Positions 25,259 to 42,330 are shown, counted from the stretch's first letter. The stretch: 64,000 bases of DNA from Eledone cirrhosa (GCA_964016885.1 OZ024762.1:22506001-22570000); one strand, 5' to 3'. Program-made: numbers and translations. Notes: a model not told the origin generated them from the letters alone.

Positions 25259-25895
25259 CACTCCACCACATACATAATATATATAATACCAGTCTAGTAC
25301 TAGGGTCGATTCTTCCTCTATATCTCTTTACCATTTCTTCTATCTCACTTTCTATCTTTCTCTGGAAGAAATCTGGTGTACTCAGGCCTGGAGATTGATG
25401 GGCTCCGCCAGGCTTAAAATGCCCAAGAAACGCCGTATGTCTATACAACGCTCACTAGGACTCAGAAGACTCCACCAGGCTTAAACTGCCGTATGTTACA
25501 CGCAGTATGTCAATACACTACCCTTCGACCCTAGCAGAAGTTACGAGACTAGGCTAGATAGTAAGGATATCATATCGTTTCGGTTTCAATCGAATTGTTT
25601 CTGTGTTTCAAAAAATCCTTGGCGTTTCTTCAGGCCGAGGCTTCCTTGTCCATATTCCAAATATTTCTTGGAAATGACGTGTTATATTTCTGTTATATTC
25701 ATGTCTCAGTCATTTTTCTCAGCTGTATTGTTGTTTTCCTTCTTTTTCTTATCATCCTCCTCTTCCTCATCGCCCTCTTCTCCTTTATGTTGTTGTTGTT
25801 TCTTTTTTCGTTTTCTTTTCCTCCTCCTTCGTGTCCTTCTCCGTCTCCCTGTTCTTTTTCTTCGTCTTTTATGTATGCATGTATATATATATATA

Positions 25896-26074
25896 ATTGT
25901 TTCTACGTTAGGCACAAGGCCAGCAATAACCCAGTGTATTACTGGTACTTTATTTAATCGACCCCGTAAGGATGAAAGGCAAGTTTAACCTCGGCGGGAT
26001 TTGAATTCAGAATGGCAAGAGCCGTAACTCTATGCGTAAAACATGGCGTCCGACCCTCTACCAATACTGCCAAT

Positions 26075-26078
<4 letters not shown>
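25896..26078 (-). mobile_element. Main-family SINE
   Basis: Full consensus match. Confidence 0.9.
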
Positions 26079-26118
<40 letters not shown>

Positions 26119-26758
26119 CAATACATATTCTTATATAGTTATAACATATGCATGTATGTATATATATATATGCATGTATGTATATATATATGCATGTATG
26201 TATATATATGCATGTATGTATATACGTACGTATATATGTATGTTTATGAGTGTAGCTATACATATAAAGTGAAAAGTATGTTACCTATTATAATGATATT
26301 GTCATATATCTGCAACTATATATTATATTATAATATATTGTAAAAGATTCTATGTAATGGCGACCAATATATTTTTTTTCTGGTGAAAATGTCGCCATTT
26401 TTGTGTATTTTTTAATCAAAAATAACCAGCATTGTGTCTCCATTTCTCTATTCTGTGTTTTTATTTTATTTTATGCATATAAGAATATGTGAATAAGATA
26501 GCGTGTCTCTGTGTGTATGTAGGTATTAGTCTTAGTGTGAGTATGTAAGAGTAAATCACTCGACTGCTTGTGTGAGTAGATGTACGGTGTGTCACTCTGT
26601 GTGTCTGTGTGTGACTGTGTGTATACATGGATCTGTAGAATTGTATGTATTTATATGAAATGATGTATATGCATCATACTCTTCCATCACTTTCATTATA
26701 CACACCTGTCTAGCTGTACTATCGCTAACTTTCTTTTCTTTCTTACACCATGTCTCTC

Positions 26759-27945
<1,187 letters not shown>

Positions 27946-28269
27946 ATGGAATTTTAATCATTATTATTCTAATATTTACTTCATTTTAGCTACAGCTACT
28001 TCGAAAGTATTTTGTAAGATTTCATAAGATTTTACCAACAAAAAAGAAATTATACTTGAAGAATAATATAAGTTTCATAACTATTTTAGTTAATACTTCA
28101 TTTCAATTTTTATCTTACAAGTCATTCTAACATTATTGCACGTGTTGATTCAATGTAATACAGAACGTTGATAAAATAAAACTACTGTTGATATCCATAT
28201 ATCTTAACCTTAAGATTTTTGCAAAAATACATCATCACCCTTCAACCTCAACCGAAAGAGAATCATTAC

Positions 28270-28650
28270 GAGATTTCTAAGACGTCTGTAGGTCTGCCGT
28301 TCGATTCATTGCCTAGATATCGAGCGTCAATTCCTGAGTCTCTGGTCATGAGATCTAGATAGGAGAGCTTGTAACATCTTTGGCTTTTGTCAGTTGTTGG
28401 TTTCCAATCTACGTAGGTCTGTTGTCCGTAGCATTGCCCAGATCTTGAATATCAATACTAGAGTCTTTGGTCATGACATCTGGATAGGAGAGCTTGTAAC
28501 CTCTTTGGCTTTTGATATTTGTTGGTTTCCAAGTAACATAGTTCTGTCTCGTATTAAATTGCCCAGATCTCGAATATCAATAGCAAATTCCCTTGTGAAG
28601 ACATCTACATAGGACAGATTGTGAGCTCTTTGGCTTTTGATAGATGTTTT
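28270..28650 (-). repeat. Degenerate ~124-bp tandem of an RTE-like 3' end
   Basis: ggagagcttgtaac at 28362 and 28486; minus translation LSYPDVMTKD...QDLGNA resembles the LINE end at 24.2 kb. Confidence 0.6.
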
Positions 28651-28661
28651 CTAAATCACAC

Positions 28662-30440
28662 AGTCTAGGTTGTTTATCTCAGCTGTGGTAAGGAGTGACA
28701 GACTCTACACCCCAGTCTAGAAGGTTTATCAGAGCTGTGGTAGGGAGTGACAGACTCTACATCCCAGTCTAGGTGGTATATTTCAGCTGTGGTAGGGAGT
28801 GACAGACTCTACACCCCAGTTAAGGTGGTATATCTCAGCTGTGGTAGGGAGTAACAGACTCTACACCCCTGTCTAGGTGGTATATCTCAGCTGTGGTAGG
28901 GAGTGACAGACTCTACACCCCAGTTAAGGTGGTATATCTCAGCTGTGGTAGGGGGTAACAGACTCTACATCCCAGTCTAGGTGGTATATCTCAGCTGTGG
29001 TAGGGAGTGACAGACTCTACACCCCAGTCTAGGTGGTATATTTCAGCTGTGGTAGGGAGTGACAGACTATACACCCCAGTCTAGGTGGTATATCTCAGCT
29101 GTGGTAGGGAGTGACAGACTCTACACCCCAGTCTAGGTGGTATATCTCAGCTGTGGTAGGGAGTGACAGACTATACACCCCAGTCTAGGTGGTATATCTC
29201 AGCTGTGGTAGGGAGTGACAGACTATACACCCCAGTTAAGGTGGTATATCTCAGCTGTGGTAGGGAGTAACAGACTCTACACCCCAGTCTAGGTGGTATA
29301 TCTCAGCTGTGGTAGGGAGTGACAGACTCTACACCCCAGTTAAGGTGGTATATCTCAGCTGTGGTAGGGGGTAACAGACTCTACATCCCAGTCTTGGTGG
29401 TATATCTCAGCTGTGGTAGGGAGTGACAGACTCTACACCCCAGTCTAGGTGGTATATTTCAGCTGTGGTAGGGAGTGACAGACTATACACCCCAGTCTAG
29501 GTGGTATATCTCAGCTGTGGTAGGGAGTGACAGACTCTACACCCCAGTCTAGGTGGTATATCTCAGCTGTGGTAGGGAGTGACAGACTATACACCCCAGT
29601 CTAGGTGGTATATCTCAGCTGTGGTAGGGAGTGACAGACTATACACCCCAGTTAAGGTGGTATATCTCAGCTGTGGTAGGGAGTGACAGACTCTACATCC
29701 CAGTCTAGGTGGTATATCTCAGCTGTGGTAGGGAGTGACAGACTATACACCCCAGTCTAGGTGGTCTATTTCAGCTGTGGTAGGGAGTAACAGACTCTAC
29801 ACCCCAGTCTAGGTGGTATATTTCAGCTGTGGTAGGGAGTGACAGACTCTACACCCCAGTCTAGGTGGTATATCTCAGCTGTGGTAGGGAGTGACAGACT
29901 ATACACCCCAGTCTAGGTGGTATATCTCAGCTGTGGTAGGGAGTGACAGACTATACACCCCAGTTAAGGTGGTATATCTCAGCTGTGGTAGGGAGTGACA
30001 GACTCTACATCCCAGTCTAGGTGGTATATCTCAGCTGTGGTAGGGAGTGACAGACTCTACACCCCAGTTAAGGTGGTATATCTCAGCTGTGGTAGGGAGT
30101 GACAGACTATACACCCCAGTCTAGGTGGTATATCTCAGCTGTGGTAGGGAGTGACAGACTATACACCCCAGTTAAGGGGGTATATCTCAGCTGTGGTAGG
30201 GAGTGACAGACTCTACATCCCAGTCTAGGTGGTATATCTCAGCTGTGGTAGGGAGTGACAGACTATACACCCCAGTCTAGGTGGTCTATTTCAGCTGTGG
30301 TAGGGAGTAACAGACTCTACACCCCATTCTAGGTGGTCTATTTCAGCTGTGGTAGGGAGTAACAGACTCTACACCCCAGTCTAGGTTGTATATCACAGCT
30401 GTAAGTAACATACTCTATACCCCAGTCTAGTGGGTATATC
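28662..30440. repeat. 52-bp minisatellite (~34 copies)
   Basis: Unit cagctgtggtagggagtgacagactctacaccccagtctaggtggtatatct. Confidence 0.97.
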
Positions 30441-30587
30441 TCTGATGCGGATAGTAGACAAAATAGTGAAGATACTGCCGTGTAAAGAATGACGAGCGAC
30501 CCCACTACATCAACCATTCATTCATTCTCCAAGGAACCCCTTACCTCATCACGAATGTACGCCTCCTAATTAATTATTATTATTATT

Positions 30588-30972
30588 GGGGGAGGATTGG
30601 CAGTATCGGTAGAGGGTTGGACGCCATGCTTTCTAGCATAGTTACGTCCCTTTACAGTCTGAGTTCAAATCCCGCCGAGGTTAACTTTGCCTTTCATCCT
30701 TATGGGGTCGATAAAATAAAGTACCAGTAATGTACTGGGTAATTGCTGGCCTTGTGCCTAAAGTAAAAACAATTATTATTGGGGGGTGGATTGGCAGTAT
30801 CGGTAGAGGGTCGGACGCCATGCTTTGACGCATAGAGTTACGGCGCTTGCCATTCCGAGTTCAAATCCCGCCGAGGTTAACTTTGCTTTTCATCCTTACG
30901 GGGTCGATAAAATACAGTACCAGTAATGCACTGGGTAATTGCTGGCCTTGTGCCTAAAGTAGAAACAATTAT
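30588..30972 (+). mobile_element. Two head-to-tail main-family SINE copies
   Basis: 30588-30778 and 30781-30972; different subfamily variants joined at attattatt. Confidence 0.9.
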
Positions 30973-30974
30973 TT

Positions 30975-32547
30975 AACTGGAAAGTTTGTTGAAATGAATA
31001 TCAACCCGCTACCTGCAGCCTCCGATATTCAGGACGTATTGGAGGGTTCTTGCTGTTCCCAGCAAGCATGCCTTTTGAAGTGTTCCAAAAAGCGGGGCTG
31101 GACTAATTTTCTTTAACCATCCTTGAAAACTCTCTGAGATAGTAACTACTGCTCCTATGACAATCGGGATGACCTTGATCTCATGGCAGTCCCAAATCCT
31201 TTTTAGCTCCCACTTTAAATCCTGGTATCGGTTAATTTTCTCCTCCTTTTCTTGCACTCTTGTGTTAAAGGGACAGGCTACATCTACAATCAGGCACGAT
31301 CTTTTCTCCTTGTCAAAAACGTAGAGGTCAGGCCTATTGTGTTCCAGTTTCTTGTCCGTCTGTATCCTGAAATCCCACAGCATCTTCACCTGATCGTTTT
31401 CTATCACCGACTCTGGCTTATGCTCATACCACTTCTCAGAATGTGTTAAATTGTTTACTTTGCATAGGTGCCAGTGGATCTCCCTGCCCATCACATCATG
31501 TCTCCAGCCTTTATAGTGAGTCTGGTCTAGGTGTTTACACTCGGATACAATGTGAGCCACAGTCTTCTCTCTCTCTCCACAGATCCTGCACAGTGGGCTA
31601 GCCTCCTCCTTGTAAATATGGTGTTTCACCCACTTCGTTTTGACGGCCTGCTCTTGCGCAGTTATTAGCATTCCTTCTGTAATTTTTTAAGGTCTCCTCT
31701 TTTTAACCAGTTCCATGTATGTGGATCTTTAAAATCCATTCTCTTAAAGAAGGTACTATGAAGGGAATTTTCATGAAGGTTGCTCTTCCTCCTTGTTGTT
31801 ATTTCCTCCTTGGACATCACCTGGTCTATTGTCTTCTTCAGTACAATTCTGAGCATTGGCTCCCTACTGTCAGTCACATATTTGTGCAGGTTGTTTTTCT
31901 CCATCCGAACACAGTCCTCTATGCTGATAAGACCTCTTCCACCTTCAGATCTCCTTAAGTAGAGCCTATCGACATCACACCTCTTGTGGAACATGTTGTA
32001 GATAGTCATTTGCTTCCTAGTCTTCCTATCCATTTCTTTTTGTTCAGCAACATTCCATTTCAGAATTCCCGCACTGTACCTAATAATAGACACAGCAGGA
32101 ATTCACTGCACTTATGACATTCCTACTATTTAGATGTGATTTTAATACTCTCCTTACTCTCCTAATGTACTCAGCTCTTATTGATTCCTTCATTTTTTTG
32201 TTCTTAATGTCATCTGCCTCCAGAACACCTAAACATGTGAATCCTTCTTCAGTGTCAATTTCCTTTATCTTCTCACCTGTTGGTACCTGGATTCCGTTGC
32301 TTCTGCTCAATTTACCCCTCTTCATCACTAGGACTCCACACTTATTAATACCAAATTCCACCCAAATCCTTCTCACTCTTCCCAAAGAGTTTAAGATCGT
32401 CCATGAAGAGGAGGTGGTTGATGGTAAGCTCTCCTTTTTCCAACTTGTATCCTGCTCTCACTTTTCGCAATATAACGGTCAGGGATATCAGGGCAAGGAC
32501 AAACAGCAGAGGGGACAAACTATCTCCCTGGAAGATACCTCTCTTGA
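30975..32547 (-). mobile_element. R4/Dong-type non-LTR retrotransposon (RT, CCHC, restriction-like endonuclease), 5' truncated and frameshifted
   Basis: GIFQGDSLSPLLF, HLLFMDDLKL, GGRGL, CRICGEREKTVAHIVSEC, RHD, NRPDL...IVDVACP, EKINRYQDL. Confidence 0.9.
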
Positions 32548-32551
32548 TCTT

Positions 32552-32582
<31 letters not shown>

Positions 32583-32594
32583 TTATTATTATAA

Positions 32595-32925
32595 TGTGGC
32601 GAGAATGGCCCGTGTGAATGGGCCTACTCTGACCATGCGCCTATAGGCTAGTTAACTTGAGGAGAGGGATGTTCTCCCTGGGTGCCCAAGAAGCGCAGAG
32701 TGGTTCAGGATTGGTGGGGTACCTGAGTCACCCCTGGGTCATCCACCCCCTATAGGGGAATTTATTTTGTTATATTTATGCATAGTTTATTTTATATTTT
32801 TATATCTTGATTGTTAAATTAGTCTTGCCATTGTGCACTTTTACTCGACATTATTGTAAACCCCCACTGTCCCTGTCTTCGTATTGTCCCCTACATGTCG
32901 GCCCTTGCGGCTAATAAATTGAATC
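32595..32925 (+). mobile_element. Tx1/L1 3' end related to 13100-13390
   Basis: agaatggcccgtgtgaatgggcctactctga and cccttgcggctaataaa are shared; (ATT)n on both sides. Confidence 0.8.
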
Positions 32926-33207
32926 ATTATTATTATTATTATAATTTTGTAATAAATGTTATTCTAATTAAATGTATTTGTCATTCCCCATCGTCAGTAT
33001 GTTCGGACGGAGAGATAAACAAAAAGCAAAACAAAAACAAGGAATATAATCCATATCTGAAGTGATATGCATATGACCACATCTGCTTGAAATATATAGA
33101 ACAGTTACAACGTTTAACGAGGATGTAAAAATAGATTATACTGTTTTCCATGAAGGACAGTATTTAACGAGATCACATAAAGTGTAATAATGAAAAAATA
33201 TTGCATT

Positions 33208-33614
33208 GGAGAGAGAGAGAGAGAGATGGAGAGAGAGACAAAGTATAATGAAGAGAATGGGAGAGAGAGAGGGGGAGGTGGAGAGAGACAACGTATAAGG
33301 AAGAGAATGGGAGAGAGAGAGAGGGAGATGGGGAGAGAGAGAGTGGGGGAGAAAGACAGAGAAAGTGGCATAGAGCGAAAAAGGGAGAGAATGAGAGAAA
33401 GAGAGAAAGAGAGAAAGAGAGAAAGAGTGTCATGGAGTGAAAAAGGGAGATAATGAGAGAGAGAGAGAGAGTGAGAGAGTCATGGAGTGAAAAAGGGAGA
33501 GAATTAGAGAGAAAGAGAGAAAATCTGTGCGTGTGTGACAGAGCGAAAGTGGAAGAGAATGAGAGAGTGAGAGAGAACGAAAGAGATAGAGAGAAAGTGA
33601 TAAAGAAAGAGAAT

Positions 33615-33686
<72 letters not shown>

Positions 33687-34130
33687 GAGAGTGAGAAAAA
33701 ATAAAGAGAGAGATAGATAGAGAGAGAGTGAGACAGAGAGGGCGAAAAAGATAGAAAATGGGAGAGACAGAGAGAGAGAAAAAGAAAGAGAGAGAGAGAG
33801 AGAACGAGAGAGAGACATTGAGAGAGAAAGAGAACGAGAGAATGAGAGAGAGAGAGAAAGAGAATGAGTTTGAGAAAGAGAACGAGCGAGAGAGAGACAA
33901 TGCGAAAAAGGAAGACAGAGAGAGAAAGAGAAAGAGAGAGAGATCTAGAGAGAGCAAAGGAAAGAGAGATAGCTAGAGAGAGAGAGAGAGTGAGACCGAC
34001 AACAGAGCTAGAGAAAGAGAGAGAGAGAGAGAGTGAGACCGACAAGAGAGCTAGAGTGAGAGAGAGAGAGAGAGTGAGACCGACAAGAGAGCTAGAGAGA
34101 GAGAGAAAGAGTGAGGCCAACAAGAGAGTT
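33208..34130. repeat. (GA)n-rich tract
   Basis: Direct inspection. Confidence 0.95.
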
Positions 34131-34611
34131 TATCAGAGACGTCTCTCTATAATGAACCCGATATATATATTAATGGTTCGTTAAAACAGAAATATATGAC
34201 TGAATGATATGAATTTTATTGACTTTTATTATATTAAAGTTAACTTAACTATTGAATATCGAGTTTTGTTTTCAGATGGGATTAGTTTCGCCTATATTTT
34301 TATAGTCAATATTTGAATTTACAGCTCCGTTGTCATTGCGTTTGTTGTAGTATTTTCCACTTTAAGAGTCCTTTCCCTTGTTTTACAAATTTACGAATGG
34401 TACATCGATTTTCAGATGCATTGTTCAACGTCTGTTAAGATTCGTAAATGTTGCACCAAACACATATAATGTATGTTATATTGCATTAAAATGGCGGCGG
34501 CCGCGGTGATTACCACTATATATGGACACTTAAATAAATTAAATTCATTCATATATTCTGTAGTGAAGGTTGGGACGGGAAGAGATTTTTCATGCGGGGA
34601 TTCTTACATAT

Positions 34612-36600
<1,989 letters not shown>

Positions 36601-36709
36601 TAATGTATTTTTTTCTTTGCTATTTTTTCAATATTTTAATTTATATCTTTCCAATATGAACATGTTGATGTTCCACTTAAGATGTTGAAAAGATGACAAA
36701 CAGGAGGAT

Positions 36710-37840
36710 AAAACAACAACAACAATAACAACAAAAACAACAAAAAAAAACAACAACAACTACAACAAAAATAATACGAGAAAGACGGCAACAAATGCAG
36801 TAACAACAAAGAAAAGACCAACAACAACAATGACAACAAAAGCAACAACAATAACAACACACACAAACAACGACAGAACAATAAACAACAACAACGACAA
36901 CACTACCACCACCAACAATATTGACAACAGCATCAACAACAACAGCAACAACAACAACGAAAACAACAACAACAATGACAACAAATACAACACTGCCACC
37001 ACCACCAACACCAACGACAATAACACCAATACCACCACCAACACCAACGACAATAACACCAATACCACCACCACCCAACATAACAACGACAACAACAACA
37101 ACAGCAGCAACAACACAGAAAACAACAGCAACAACGACAACAAATACAACACTGCCACCACCACCTACACCAACGACAATAACACCAATACCACCACCAC
37201 CCAAAACAACAACAACAACAACACCACCATCACCAAAACGACAACACCGTCAACAACAACAACAATAACAACAACAACAACAACAACAGCAACAACAACA
37301 AAAGTAATAGCAACAAATACAAAAAGCACCAACACCACCACGCAAAACAACAACAACAACAACACCACCACCACCAAAACGACAACACCGTCAACAACGA
37401 CAATAATAACAACAACAACAACAACACCGTCAACAACGACAACAATAACAACAACAACAACAACACCGTCAACAACGACAACAATAACAACAACAACAAC
37501 AACGTCAACAACGACAACACCGTCAACAATGACAACAATAACAACAACAGCAACAACAACAGCAACAACAACAAAAGTAATAGCAACAAATACAAAAAGC
37601 ACCAACACCACCACTAACAACAACAATAACAACAATAACACCACCATCACCAAAACAACAAAAAACAACAACAATATCACCAATACCACCACCACAATAA
37701 CACCAACAACAACAAAAGTAATAGCAACAAATACAAAAAGCACCAACATCACCACTAACAACAACAAAACAACAATAACAACAATAACACGACCACCACA
37801 ATACCAGCAACAACAACAATGGCAACCACAGCAGCAGCTA
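36710..37840. repeat. Cryptic (ACA)n repeat with internal duplications
   Basis: aaagtaatagcaacaaatacaaaaagcacc occurs three times. Confidence 0.92.
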
Positions 37841-38038
37841 AATCTAATCTCCCTGCGGGTTAGACAATTCTTGGCATTCTAAATTATCCAGAATTTAAAA
37901 GTGGCAAACGAGCAAAAAAAAAAGACGGTATTTAAAATTACATTTATGGATAAAATGTTCGTTATTATTTTTATTTTATTTTGTTCCGTTTCTGTGTATA
38001 CATATATATATATATATATATAAATGTGTGTGTGTATG

Positions 38039-38113
<75 letters not shown>

Positions 38114-38150
38114 GTGTATGTATGTATATATATATATATATGTGTGTGTG

Positions 38151-38210
<60 letters not shown>

Positions 38211-38230
38211 AATGTGTATGTGTATGTATG

Positions 38231-38261
<31 letters not shown>

Positions 38262-38734
38262 ATGTATGTATATATATATATATGTATGTATATATATATA
38301 AATATATGTATATAAATAAATATACACATATATATGTGTATATATATATTTATATTTGTATATATTTATATATATATATATATATATAGATAGATATATA
38401 TGTATATATATATATATATATATACATGTGTGTGTGTACTAGAATAAGAAAAAATAAAACGCATTAGGGGAAAAGTGCATTTAGATAATTGTCATGTGAT
38501 AAAGCTAGTTATTTGTAGATGTCACGTGTGTGTGCCTATTCGACAGCTTTCACGATATAATTTTTAATCCAAGGGAGTTAATCACCTTCACGGAACCAAA
38601 TATTTATAACTCTGACCATATTCTACACGTGCGCATGGCATGATACCTGTATATAATTAAACCTTGTTGTGTAGGAACTAATTATAATTACGAGATATGA
38701 TTTTACTACACATATGAACATTTAAGTCCTTCCT

Positions 38735-40230
38735 AATCATTCCATCCTTGTCTCTGAGGGTCAGGAGTCATGGGCTTATGGACCAGCACTCTACATCTTT
38801 TCCTGTCTCTTGCCATTGTTGTACATTCCACCAAACTCCTTCCTGTCCATTCCTTAATATCATCTCTCCATCTCATTTTCTGCTGTCCCCTGGCCCTTTT
38901 TCCCCTGTATTCCTCCCTCCTCTCCATTCCGTAATATCATCTCTCCATCTCATTTTCTGCTGTCCCCTGGCCCTTTTTCCCCTGTATTCCTCCCTCCTCT
39001 CCATTCCGTAATATCATCTCTCCATCTCATTTTCTGCTGTCCCCTGGCCCTTTTTCCCCTGTATTCCTCCCTCCTCTCCATTCCGTAATATCATCTCTCC
39101 ATCTCATTTTCTGCTGTCCCCTGGCCCTTTTTCCCCTGTATTCCTCCCTCCTCTCCATTCCGTAATATCATCTCTCCATCTCATTTTCTGCTGTCCCCTG
39201 GCCCTTTTTCCCCTGTATTCCTCCCTCCTCTCCATTCCGTAATATCATCTCTCCATCTCATTTTCTGCTGTCCCCTGGCCCTTTTTCCCCTGTATTCCTC
39301 CCTCCTCTCCATTCCGTAATATCATCTCTCCATCTCATTTTCTGCTGTCCCCTGGCCCTTTTTCCCCTGTATTCCTCCCTCCTCTCCATTCCGTAATATC
39401 ATCTCTCCATCTCATTTTCTGCTGTCCCCTGGCCCTTTTTCCCCTGTATTCCTCCCTCCTCTCCATTCCGTAATATCATCTCTCCATCTCATTTTCTGCT
39501 GTCCCCTGGCCCTTTTTCCCCTGTATTCCTCCCTCCTCTCCATTCCGTAATATCATCTCTCCATCTCAATTTCTGCTGTCCCCTGGCCCTTTTTCCCCTG
39601 TATTCCTCCCTCCTCTCCATTCCGTAATATCATCTCTCCATCTCATTTTCTGCTGTCCCCTGGCCCTTTTTCCCCTGTATTCCTCCCTCCTCTCCATTCC
39701 GTAATATCATCTCTCCATCTCATTTTCTGCTGTCCCCTGGCCCTTTTTCCCCTGTATTCCTCCCTCCTCTCCATTCCGTAATATCATCTCTCCATCTCAT
39801 TTTCTGCTGTCCCCTGGCCCTTTTTCCCCTGTATTCCTCCCTCCTCTCCATTCCGTAATATCATCTCTCCATCTCATTTTCTGCTGTCCCCTGGCCCTTT
39901 TTCCCCTGTATTCCTCCCTCCTCTCCATTCCGTAATATCATCTCTCCATCTCATTTTCTGCTGTCCCCTGGCCCTTTTTCCCCTGTATTCCTCCCTCCTC
40001 TCCATTCCGTAATATCATCTCTCCATCTCATTTTCTGCTGTCCCCTGGCCCTTTTTCCCCTGTATTCCTCCCTCCTCTCCATTCCGTAATATCATCTCTC
40101 CATCTCATTTTCTGCTGTCCCCTGGCCCTTTTTCCCCTGTATTCCTCCCTCCTCTCCATTCCGTAATATCATCTCTCCATCTCCTTTTATGCCGTTCCCT
40201 GGCCCCTTTCCCCTGTATTTGTCCCTCAAG
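38735..40230 (-). repeat. RTE LINE 3' end with 77-bp unit amplified ~17.5 times
   Basis: gtaatatcat at 38931, 39008 and onward; translation GKRARGQQKMRWRDDIKEWTG...MARDRKR is an RTE-type C-terminus. Confidence 0.92.
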
Positions 40231-40591
40231 GATGTGGGTATTCAAATTTTGGGCCCTGATGACATGACATTTACTACATCTGTATCATGGAATACTAATT
40301 CACATACATTACCCCCCCCCCCCCCCACTGGGGGCTGGTCTGCTTTGGAAGATATGTGGGAGCGCAAGAGCAACACAAAAAAGGTAGAGCTGTTAAAAGT
40401 GGTGGATGATTCCTCAGAGTCAACGGTCATATATTCCAACAATAGTTTAAATAGACTCACTAATTGGAAAATGGCGGCCAAGCATGATGAATACTGCTAC
40501 AATCTTGAAGCCATGATCAAGCGAATCATAAACCTGTGAAGGTCAACCAAGGAGTGGTTCCTCCAACAAGAGCGAGGAGGCCCTAGTTTGG

Positions 40592-40636
<45 letters not shown>

Positions 40637-40638
<2 letters not shown>

Positions 40639-40770
40639 CGAAGGAGGTGTGTTAAGGAACCAGATGGACCATAACGTACCAGAGTACTTAATATTTAGGG
40701 TAGTAGAGAGGGTATTAGGAAAATGTTTAAGCACGTCGAAACGGCTTGAGCTCTGCCGTCGGAGTTAACC

Positions 40771-40774
<4 letters not shown>
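40637..40774 (-). mobile_element. Family A diverged, internally deleted copy
   Basis: Tail plus gtcgaaacggcttgagctctgccgtc. Confidence 0.85.
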
Positions 40775-40804
<30 letters not shown>

Positions 40805-40940
40805 TAATTTAGAGTTTTCACTCAGGAGTCAAATACAATTATTAAGCTCTAAGAAATATTTCTATCTGGCTAAATTATTGTCAATTTGCAATGAAAACAC
40901 ATTAGTGTTGATCATATTTTTTTTATATTAACTAGAATTA

Positions 40941-41018
<78 letters not shown>

Positions 41019-41023
<5 letters not shown>

Positions 41024-41259
41024 TAACAGATTAAAGTTTAAGCAAAGAATCGCTGCTTTCACTCTTAACGGCATCTTCTGAAACTAAAAAAATCAATCTG
41101 TGAACGCACAAGATCCCGTTAAGGGTGAAAGCACCGATTCTTTACTTAAACTTTAATCTGTTATTTTAGTACATATTTGCACTAGGGTTCTTATATATTT
41201 GATATATATTTATCCTTATCAAGCCCTCTTTGGATTTTAGTCTTCGCAGTTATTATTAT

Positions 41260-41262
<3 letters not shown>
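41019..41262. mobile_element. Family J foldback element (~60-bp arms plus tail)
   Basis: 41019-41077 inverted versus 41110-41168; TA flanks. Confidence 0.85.
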
Positions 41263-41317
<55 letters not shown>

Positions 41318-41743
41318 CATAAAATTAAAAGTTGAATGACATATATATATATATGAAAAACAAACCCATCAAACAATTACAGGGGATAATTTGTAAAGAA
41401 TGTAAAGACACATAGTTAGTGAGGTGACATATTAAAGATTAACAAGAACCTTGAAAATAGATAACTTACAATTATGATTAATCGCCTTTGTATATATTCC
41501 ATTGACGAAATATATTTCACCATTAATCGGCGAATCATAGAAGTCTAATCTTAGATCATCGGCAAAAGAGAAGATTTAATTATCTGTCATTACACACCAA
41601 AAGCAAATGAGGGAAGAACGACGAGAAGCACACGTTGTTTAAAAAAAAACACATCGCCCCGCCGCCAAGCCATAATGCTATATATCTAAGTTTGGTGGTT
41701 AACCACTGGACAGAACTGGTCATTCAGTATATATTACTATAAC

Positions 41744-41839
41744 AGAAGTCCGAAGAGCTTTTGATTCCAGAGCCGTTCCAGATCGATACAGATCATATTG
41801 AGCCTTGAGTTTATCCATCGCGAAACGCGCGTCACATCT
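41744..41839 (+). ncRNA. Hammerhead variant with CCGANGA core and long stem II (K)
   Basis: agaagt CCGAAGA gc...gc GAAA cgcgcg TC acatct; homologue on - at 46516-46604. Confidence 0.65.
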
Positions 41840-41898
41840 CAATACATGTAATGAATATCAACACCTCATCCTTTTTATTATTATTATAAATATATAAA

Positions 41899-42092
41899 GG
41901 GCGGTGGATTGGCAGTATCGGTAGAGGATCGGACGCCATGCTTTGCAGCAAAGAGTTACGGCCTTTTATGGTCTGAGTTCAAATTCCACCGAGGTTAACT
42001 TTGCCTTTCATCCTTACGGCGTCGATAAAATAAAGTACCAGTAATACACTGGGATAATTGGTGGCCTTGTGCCAAAGGTATAAACAATTATT
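41899..42092 (+). mobile_element. Main-family SINE
   Basis: Full consensus match. Confidence 0.9.
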
Positions 42093-42132
42093 ATTAGTAT
42101 ACCTACACAGTCACACACATTATATATATATA

Positions 42133-42165
<33 letters not shown>

Positions 42166-42173
<8 letters not shown>

Positions 42174-42290
42174 GTGAGGTTTTTTTTACAAAATGAAAAA
42201 TAACCGAGTTGTCCTACACGAGTGAAAGTATAAAGAAAAAGAGATAAAATCGAAAATGCAACTGGAGTCTTATTTTTTTTAAAAATATAT
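42166..42290 (-). mobile_element. Family E fragment (tail plus outer arm)
   Basis: Reverse complement of 55130-55250. Confidence 0.85.
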
Positions 42291-42291
42291 A

Positions 42292-42330
<39 letters not shown>

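Noticed and set aside
30781-30880. tRNA gene
   Set aside because: A/B boxes belong to a multi-copy SINE head; no proper cloverleaf seen.
36830-37882. Mucin-like Thr/Asn-rich ORF
   Set aside because: Cryptic (ACA)n repeat open in several frames on both strands; no supporting exon evidence.
41046-41082. Hammerhead in family J arms (CAGAAGA t...GAAA on -)
   Set aside because: Core mutated, stem II weak, no cleavage triplet; only the foldback is reported.
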